Below, one piece after another: positions 1-7,833 of a stretch of DNA of 14,969 nucleotides. Source of the stretch: Octopus sinensis (lineage: Eukaryota); contig NW_021825656.1 in NCBI RefSeq assembly GCF_006345805.1, positions 1 through 14,969 on the forward strand, written 5' to 3'. The notes beneath the pieces are model-generated. The model saw nothing but the letters and a program-made list of their open reading frames with translations, was not told the origin of the DNA and made no database searches. A program made the translations under genes and the position numbers. How positions within the stretch are numbered: position 1 is the stretch's first letter; every line of letters begins with the position of its first letter.

Positions 1-163
1 TAAGATAACATGAAAAACAAGACTTTTGACAGTTAAGTCAACGAACTAGCTGAGGACAATTATACTGTGGAGCATGGCGACCATCACTGAGACATGAGAT
101 TAGTAGGGTACGCACACACGAACATTACACACAGTTACGAACACACACCACACATACACACGC

Positions 164-178
164 ATATATATACATATA

Positions 179-227
<49 letters not shown>

Positions 228-333
228 GGCCTGCTCGCTTAGCCAGCGGGTTGGCGTCATTTGAAGGCTAAAACAATGCGAAGCGCATTGTGACCAGCGA
301 TGTGTAGCAACATCTGATAGCCTGGTCGGTCAC

Positions 334-400
<67 letters not shown>
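164..400. repeat. (TA)n microsatellite split by a 115-bp insert (226-340)
   Basis: Direct reading: TA runs at about 164-225 and 337-400. Confidence 0.95.
226..340 (+). mobile_element. Short structured interspersed element, probably the 3' end of a 5'-truncated LINE (possibly RTE clade) inserted in (TA)n
   Basis: GC-richer island flanked on both sides by (TA)n. It contains hairpin CAATGCG-AAG-CGCATTG (274-290) and stem GACCAG/CTGGTC (292-297/322-327) enclosing GATGT/ACATC. I recall this sequence as a common octopus repeat; the LINE clade is inference. Confidence 0.55.
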
Positions 401-402
<2 letters not shown>

Positions 403-964
403 CACACACAACAACACCACATGAACATTACATATACATATAAATGCGTTATACATAGATAGACACATATATACATAAGCCCATGTATATAAACACGCAT
501 ACACATATATGTGTGTGTATGTGTGTGTGCCTGCATATTTATATACATTTAAGCACACAAACATACATACAAACATTTATACATGTATGTACGCAAACGT
601 GTGTGTCTTTCTCTGTGTGGTGGTGAGTGTGTGTACCCGTGTTGTCTACGATAATTGAGGATCCATCTTAGTTTGATTTTAATTACATAGGCATACTCAT
701 AATTCTAATACATTTAGCTAATTTTGAGTTTTCTACTGAGCAATTTTCACTGGAAAAAAACCCTTTTTAAGATGAGCTTTACGTATTGTGACTTAGAAAT
801 GCAAATACGGGTGGCGTACACGGGTTGACGCTTTACCTTATATTTATCAGCTAACGATGGGAAAGAAGGCTTATAGCATCTATTCTACTTTCGTTTCAAC
901 CCAGGCCCCACGTATCCTAACGCAACCCAAGTTCCCAAATGTCACATTGTGAAGTACATATGCA

Positions 965-978
965 TCTCTCTCTCTTTC

Positions 979-1030
<52 letters not shown>

Positions 1031-1292
1031 TTCTTTACTGCCCACAAGGGGCTACACACAGAGGGGACAAACAAGGACAGACAGACGGATTAAGTCGATT
1101 ATATCGAACCCAGTGCGTAACTGGTACTTAATTTATCGACCCCGAAAGGATGAAAGGCAAAGTCGACCTCGGCGGAATTTGAACTCACAACGTAACGGCA
1201 GACGAAATACCGCTAAGCATTTCGCCCGGCGTGCTAACGTTTCTGCCAGATCGCCGCCCTTTCTCTTTCTCTCTCTCTCTCCTCTCTCTCTC
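965..1292. repeat. (CT)n microsatellite interrupted by a SINE A insertion
   Basis: CT runs at about 965-1027 and 1259-1292 on either side of the SINE. Confidence 0.9.
1028..1258 (-). mobile_element. tRNA-derived SINE family A, young subfamily (tail ...CCTTGTGGGCAGTAAAGAAATA), full length
   Basis: Reverse complement reads GGCGGCGATCTGGCAGAAACGTTAGC (A-box-like TGGCAGAAACG) ... GAGTTCAAATTCC (B-box-like) ... GTCGACTTTGCCTTTCATCCTTTCGGGGTCGATAAATTAAGTACCAG. About 93% identical by hand alignment to 8968-9200. Confidence 0.92.
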
Positions 1293-1478
1293 ACTCCCTA
1301 TAAATGTTTATATACGTGTGTATATGTGTGTCTATGTAGTTATGTGTATTTACGTACACCCGCCACTCCATACACAAAATACTTGACATCGTTTCCCCTC
1401 GCAAAGTATTTTTTATCCTTTTCTAATTCATCCTTGTGGGGAGAATGCAATGGGAGAAAGTGAAACGACAGGAGGAGG

Positions 1479-1523
1479 AGAAGAAGAAGAAGAGAAGAAG
1501 AAGAAGAAGAAGAAGAAGAAGAA
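1479..1523. repeat. (GAA)n microsatellite
   Basis: Direct reading. Confidence 0.9.
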
Positions 1524-1840
1524 TGAATGAATGAACTACAACAATTACGACTACAACAAATGGCGTAAAGCCACACAAGTAGCTTCTATGCTTGGTCACT
1601 CAGTTGGCAAAAATTGCCAGCTATATATTTTCCTCATAATCATTGTTTCCTTAAGGTGTGGATGATATATGAATTGAAAAAAGTTGACGGATTTTTTCTT
1701 CTTCTTGTAGTCAAGAGACTAAATAATGCCCGTTGATCCTTTACAAGGCTTCCGTGATAGATGATCCTCAAAACGAAAGTGAAAGTAACGATGTTAAAAC
1801 CGGCCGACAGATTTAGTTCTTACCTCGCCAAACGGGCTAT

Positions 1841-1941
1841 GGTGAGATTTTGAACTCAAAATACCCAAAACACAAAGAGTGAGGACAATTTCGACAGGGC
1901 ATCCGAGCCGACATTCTTATAGCTTTGCCAATCCATCACCC
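1841..1941 (-). mobile_element. Highly degenerate SINE A 5' fragment
   Basis: TTTGAACTCAAAA ... TTTGCCAATCCATCACC resembles the minus-strand head (TTTGAACTCAGAA ... TTCTGCCAGCTCGCCGCC). Confidence 0.45.
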
Positions 1942-2000
1942 TGAAGCGGTACTTTTTTTTTTATTTTTCATTTATTTATTATTTTTATTTTTTTTAAAGT

Positions 2001-2120
2001 CCACTCTGAAAGGATAAAAGACAAAGTTGACCATAGCGCGATTCGATCTCAGAGCACAGTGAATCGAAAGAAATACGTTGTCGAGGCATTCTATCCGATA
2101 CTTAAATGACTCTACCAATC
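2001..2120 (-). mobile_element. Degenerate SINE A copy
   Basis: CTGAAAGGATAAAAGACAAAGTTGACC ... ATTCGATCTCAGA matches the reverse complement of the core CCGAAAGGATGAAAGGCAAAGTCGACC ... ATTTGAACTCAGA. Confidence 0.7.
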
Positions 2121-2222
2121 AAGATGGTTTTAAACTTTTTAAACTTGTCCGACACCATGACCAAGAAAGAGGAGAAGAAGAAAAAAAAAACAGAATTATA
2201 TGGATACAGACTGCTTTATCTT

Positions 2223-2400
2223 GGCGAATTGGCTGAATCGTTAGCGGAGCACCTGAACAAATACTGTTTCGTGCTAGCTCTTTACGTTCAAATTCACTGT
2301 CGCCAACTTTGCCTTTTTATCCTTCTGTGTCGATAGAATAAAGTACCAATCAATTACTAGGGATCGATAAAAATCGACTAACTCCCCCCCATCCTACCCA
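2223..2400 (+). mobile_element. Degenerate SINE A copy
   Basis: GGCGAATTGGCTGAATCGTTAGC ... TTTACGTTCAAATTC ... ACTTTGCCTTTTTATCCTT ... GTCGATAGAATAAAGTACC ... GGATCGATAAAAATCGACT. Confidence 0.8.
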
Positions 2401-3073
2401 CACCTCATAAAGAAAATATTTCGCTAATATTTAGAGGATGGAGAGAAGCTGATATTTATCCGTTTGTGGGAACTGCTACTTCAAATTACATTCAACTACC
2501 TAAAAGAAAGGAATAGACACATTTATAGAGAGTGTATAGTTTTAGATACACCTATGAAGACGAAGTAGAGATGATCGCTTTTGGAATATCCTCTAATCGA
2601 TTATGCCTGATCGAGGTGGACCTGGAGATGAACAACCAATAGTGATGATGCCCATACGTGGTTAGAGGAACTACCAGAGATAACAGCTAGAATTCCCTCA
2701 TCTTATAAACCCCCATCGTCACGAAATAATATAAATGAAAAAGCCAAAAAAAAAAAAGAAAAAAGAAATGTGTAAAAATTATTGATTAATGATAGCCTTA
2801 AAGATGTCTGAATTAAAAATCAAAAAAAAATCAGGAGGTTCATGGTTGGAACGCCTTTGGTTTTGATTAGTCTGATATTAGTCTGTTAGAATGATCTAAG
2901 AATGCAAAACAATATGACAGTCACTGACAGCACAACGTCGACATTTACAGGAAACTCCACCACCACCATCGCCGCCTAACAACAAATCTGTCATTACAAC
3001 ATTAACAACACCACAACACTGACATCACAACAACAGGAGTCATTAAATCAAACGGACAAAAATTTAAAACGAG

Positions 3074-3083
3074 TGGTGGTGGT

Positions 3084-3130
<47 letters not shown>

Positions 3131-3155
3131 GGTGGTGGTGGTGGTGGTGGTGGTG

Positions 3156-3199
<44 letters not shown>

Positions 3200-3209
3200 G
3201 GTGGTGGTG

Positions 3210-3256
<47 letters not shown>

Positions 3257-3448
3257 GATGGTGGTGGTGGTGGTGGTGGTAGTTGTAGTAGTAGTAGTAG
3301 TGGTGGCGGTGGTAGTAGTAGTAGTAGTAGTGGTAGTGGTGGTGGTGGTAGTAGTGGTAGTGGTGGTAGTAGTAGTGGTGGTGGTGGTGGTGGTAGAAGT
3401 AGTAGTAGTAGTTAAGGCAGTAGTGGTGGCGATGACGGTTAAAGTAAT

Positions 3449-3520
<72 letters not shown>
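3074..3520. repeat. Compound (GGT)n/(AGT)n trinucleotide tract with a short (AGC)n patch
   Basis: Direct reading. It produces the poly-Val and poly-Thr ORFs 3084-3599 and 3002-3529. Confidence 0.95.
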
Positions 3521-3521
<1 letters not shown>

Positions 3522-3898
3522 AATGTCACATCGGCACCAAGTTACACATCCGGAGCGTGGTGCGGGCTGGGTGGGGGCATGGCAAACAAAGTTGATTGAA
3601 CTGACGAGACCCTCTTGCTCCTATGTTATCGTTTCCGATCTTAACATTGGAGAAGTCGAGAGAGAACACGATAGGGTCGGGTCGTCTGAACTCAGTTCCT
3701 TGAGGAACGATAATACTGTTGTTGTTGTTGTTGTTGCTATCGTGGTGGCTGATGTTTTAGCTTCGACTCACCCCTGATGATTATACCCTATTTTCGTGTA
3801 TTCTGTACTGGTTATATATATATTATGCAATACGTGTGTATGTGTGTGTGCATGTGCGCGCTTGAAGATAGTAGCGTGTGATTGTAGAGGAAGATTTG

Positions 3899-4178
3899 GG
3901 CGATCTTTCGTCTCTAGTAGACCTTTCCGTCGATTACACAACATACTGTCTGTCTCCCACACCCCATCAAACGCACACACACACACACACACACATGTAC
4001 ATCAATGCTTCACATGCACGGTAACTTCAAAAGAACTTTCCTCGTCATACAATCGCTTTCTCTTAGTCTCTTTCGCTCTCATTACTTCAAAAGTTCCCGC
4101 AAGCCCATATGTAAAAAAAAAAAAAAAATTTTTTTTACGGAAATCGACGGAAAGGTCTACTAGAGACGAAAGATTGCC
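3899..4178. mobile_element. Non-autonomous DNA transposon (280 bp), Merlin/IS1016-like, with 37-bp TIRs and an 8-bp TSD AAGATTTG
   Basis: 3903-3935 ATCTTTCGTCTCTAGTAGACCTTTCCGTCGATT is the exact reverse complement of 4142-4174. Ends read GGCGATC (left) and GGCAATC (right, reverse complement). AAGATTTG lies at 3891-3898 and 4179-4186. An 8-bp TSD with GG-starting termini fits Merlin. Confidence 0.8.
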
Positions 4179-4394
4179 AAGATTTGGCTAGTCTTTCTAG
4201 CAGCTTAAGCGATCGATGCAGAGAGAAGCTCCCTCCTCGTTCGGTTTTGCTCTTTCAATTATTCATTTGCCAACATTTATTGGCTCAAAGTCACACACGC
4301 ATCATTTTTGTAAGGAATAGACGTAAGCGTTTTTTCTCCGTTTCCCTATTATTACAAACAAATACATTCACATCTATGGACGGACATACATAAA

Positions 4395-4490
4395 ATCGAA
4401 CCTTAGTAGATGGCTTGTACCTTATTTTTATCGACCACGGAAGAACAAGTAAAGCTGGACTTGGCGGAAATTGAACGGCAGTTACTAAAA
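4395..4490 (-). mobile_element. Degenerate SINE A fragment
   Basis: GTACCTTATTTTTATCGACC ... AAAGCTGGACTTGGCGGAAATTGAAC matches the reverse core. Confidence 0.65.
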
Positions 4491-4559
4491 TCAGCAAAGA
4501 CTGTCATTGTCTCTTCTCGAGCTAATGAGCATGCTTGTCTTCACTGATTACATAAGGAT

Positions 4560-4771
4560 TCCTAATTTCGGTATAAATGGCCTTAGTATAAAGGGTATAA
4601 AGGGGCTTAGATGATAACATTGATTCCAGTATTTCATTGGAACTTTGTTATCGGCCTCCGAATGAATAAACGTCAAAGTTGACCTCGGCCGGATTTGAAA
4701 TCAAAACGGAAGAAAGGAAATACTGTAAAGGCACTTTTTGTCCGACGCTCTACCGACTCTCCCATCACACC
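4560..4771 (-). mobile_element. Degenerate SINE A copy
   Basis: ATTGATTCCAGTATTTCATTGGAACTTTGTTATCGGCC ... TCAAAGTTGACCTCGGCCGGATTTGAAATC ... GAAATAC ... CCGACGCTCTACCGACTCT. Confidence 0.7.
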
Positions 4772-4841
4772 TCTCTGATGTCGATTATATAATGAAGAGG
4801 AAATAGGATTCAAACGTACATATATATTCGGTATATATATA

Positions 4842-4974
4842 CAGGGTGTCCCCCCAAAAAATGTATACACATAGTGGTTCGGCAAAAGAGAACGATAGAA
4901 TAAGTACTAGGCTTACAAAGAACAACACATTTACAATTATTTAAGGTGTGTATACATTTTTTGGGGACACCCTG
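4842..4974. mobile_element. Tc1/mariner-like MITE (133 bp) with TA TSD, carrying a 51-bp SINE B fragment
   Basis: Left TIR CAGGGTGTCCCCCCAAAAAATGTATACACA (4842-4871). Right TIR 4947-4974 reads CAGGGTGTCCCCAAAAAATGTATACACA on the minus strand (2-nt C-run difference). TA at 4840-4841 and 4975-4976. Confidence 0.85.
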
Positions 4975-5474
4975 TATATCGATATAGATGTGTGTGTGTG
5001 TGTAATATGTATCGATTATGTTTTTTTTTTTTCCCCGAAGAAATACTGCCGCGAAAGGAAAGGCAGGATCGAACTCGGCGTTATTTTGTACGTTGGACGC
5101 AGAGAAACAAGAACTTAAATACCTCTAAAGTTGTGTAGATGCCGCCGTTCTTCTTTAGCAACAAGTCAGCCTCGATAGGGTAGACGTTTTAACTTAAATG
5201 CGTTCCACCTATGACCATCCCTTTTTTTTTTTTTTTTTTCGTATAACTAACATGACAGTGTGTTTGTTGTTCTTTAAAACAAAAAATTTAAGTGAGACTT
5301 GACTGCTCTTTCTAGCAGATCGAGTTACTCCATAAAGACTCCCGCAGTAGAGTAACGCTGTGGAAAAGCGTGCTGGACCCAAATCTGTGTTAAGTACTTA
5401 ACAATTTTCGTAAATTCCTTCTACCGGCAACGATAATTTCTATACGAACCGCAAATGAGACATTATGAAAGTTG

Positions 5475-5484
5475 TATTATTATT

Positions 5485-5537
<53 letters not shown>
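5475..5537. repeat. (ATT)n to (AAT)n flip microsatellite (26-bp palindrome at 5475-5500)
   Basis: TATTATTATTATT|AATAATAATAATA. Confidence 0.85.
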
Positions 5538-5569
5538 CGAAGATGTTAATAGGTGATAATTTGATTCCT

Positions 5570-5770
5570 TTTTTGCCTTTCATCCTTACGCGATCAATAA
5601 AATAAATACTAGTCAAGCATATATATGGTCGATATGATAACAAATTCTCCATCCCAAATTTCTGGTATTGTGCCTCTGTTAGAAACGAACATTATTATTT
5701 GTGGGAAAGGGGTCGATTTATTTGATCACCCCCCACCCCCCACCGTCAATATCCTAGCCTTATTATTATG
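5570..5770 (+). mobile_element. Degenerate SINE A 3' fragments
   Basis: TTTGCCTTTCATCCTTACGCGATCAATAAAATAAATACTAGTC ... GGTCGAT ... CCAAATTTCTGGTATTGTGCC ... AGAAAC ... ATTATT, then a second GGGGTCGATTTATTTGATC fragment. Confidence 0.65.
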
Positions 5771-5885
5771 CCTTATCTATATCAGAAATAATTATTAATT
5801 CTCTTTTTGGCCACAAGGGCCTAACATATGTCAGAAATAATTATATTAATACTTGTGGATTGACAAAAATCCTGTATTTTTTCCG

Positions 5886-6280
5886 TTCTCTTTTACTCTT
5901 TTACTTGTTTCAGTCATTTGACTGCGGCCATGCTGGAGCACCGCCTTTAGTCGATCAAATCGACCCCAGGACTTATTCTTTGTAAGTCCAGTACTTATTC
6001 TATCGGTCTCTTTTGCCGAACCGCTAAGTGACGAGGACGTAAACACACCAGCATCGGTTGTCAAGCAATGCTAGGGGGACAAACACACACACACACTTAT
6101 ATATATATACATATATACGACAGGCTTCTTTCAGTTTCCGTCTACAAAATCCACTCACAAGACATTGGTCGGCCCGGGGCTATAGCAGAAGACACTTGCC
6201 CAAGATGCCACGCAGTGGGACTGAACCCGGAACCATGTGGCTGGTTAGCAAGCTACTTACCACACAGCCACTCCTGCGCC
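5886..6280 (-). mobile_element. tRNA-derived SINE family B, full length (tRNA head, CORE-like segment, internal AT/GT microsatellite, stem-loop tail)
   Basis: Reverse complement starts GGCGCAGGAGTGGCTGTGTGGTAAG (A-box TGGCTGTGTGG) ... GGTTCAGTCCC (B-box) ... ATCTTGGGCAAGTGTCTT. The 3' end has stem-loop CAGTC-AAAT-GACTG (5912-5925) followed by AAACAAGTAAAAAGAGTAAAAGAG. The CORE resemblance is from memory. Confidence 0.88.
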
Positions 6281-6312
6281 TGTTATTTTTTATTTTTCTA
6301 TTTTTTTTTTTT

Positions 6313-6450
6313 TACATTCCAAGTTCTAATCCCGCCGAGTTCAATTTTGCCTCCCTTGGGTCGATAAACAAATATCAGTCAAAATACTGGGGGGTCGATA
6401 TAATCGACTAACCCTGTCCCACCAAATTTCTAGCCTAGCCTAGCATCTTA
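6313..6450 (+). mobile_element. SINE A copy lacking its head (possibly interrupted by the SINE B insertion)
   Basis: TTACATTCCAAGTTCTAATCCCGCCGAGTTCAATTTTGCC ... GGGTCGATAAAC ... ATACTGGGGGGTCGATATAATCGACT. Confidence 0.75.
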
Positions 6451-6619
6451 TATCAATCAAGAAACTTACAATGATTTATCACGCTTTTTGCTTGCTCCAA
6501 TCATCGGTTGTGCTCATGCTGGAGCACCGTGCATGACAAATGTATTTTTAATTATTCTGAATTCTGGTTCTATTAATAATTATGTTAATTATGACTTGTG
6601 GCAAAAAACAGAGAAAGAA

Positions 6620-7283
<664 letters not shown>

Positions 7284-7289
7284 TATTGA

Positions 7290-7515
7290 GGCGGCGAGCT
7301 GGCAGAATCGTTAGCACGTCGGGTGAAATGCTTAGCGGTATTTCGTTCGTCGCTACGTTCTGAGTTCAAACTCCGCCGACGTCGACTTTGCCTTTCATTC
7401 TTTCGGGATCGATAAAGTAAGCACCAACTGAAACACTAGGGTTGATGTAATCGACTTACACCCTACCCCCAAAATGTCAGGTCTCGCTCCTTTTGTAGAA
7501 AAGATAATTACTATT

Positions 7516-7554
<39 letters not shown>

Positions 7555-7773
7555 ATTGCGAAGACGGCGAGCTGGCAGAATCGTTAGCACGCCGGGCAAG
7601 ATACTTAGCGGCATTTAGTCCGTCTTTACGTTCCGAGTTCAATTTCTGCCGAGGTCGACTTTGCCTTTCATCCTTTCGGGGTCCATGAAATAAGTACCAG
7701 TTGAGTACTGGAGTCGATGTGATCGACTATGCCCCCCCCCCCAATTTTAAGCCTTGTGCTTATAGTAGAAAGG

Positions 7774-7833
<60 letters not shown>

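Noticed and set aside
1028-1258. tRNA genes in SINE heads (also 6200-6280 and stacked copies)
   Set aside because: Only A/B-box-like motifs are present. I could not fold a complete cloverleaf, and each head continues into a SINE body.
4111-4138. A16-T8 hairpin as an intrinsic terminator
   Set aside because: Eukaryotic context, no upstream gene, and it lies inside the Merlin-like element.
5040-5100. Additional very degenerate SINE A fragment
   Set aside because: Only short motifs (GAAAGG, GAACTCGGCG) match, which is insufficient to call.
5316-5393. Possible plus-strand exon QIELLHKDSRSRVTLWKSVLDPNLC* after TCTTTCTAG|CAG (similar acceptor at about 4200)
   Set aside because: No good donor and no recognisable peptide. 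A shared 12-mer acceptor is expected by chance.
5388-5403. 16-bp perfect palindrome TGTTAAGTACTTAACA
   Set aside because: AT-rich and plausible by chance in 15 kb, with no associated feature.
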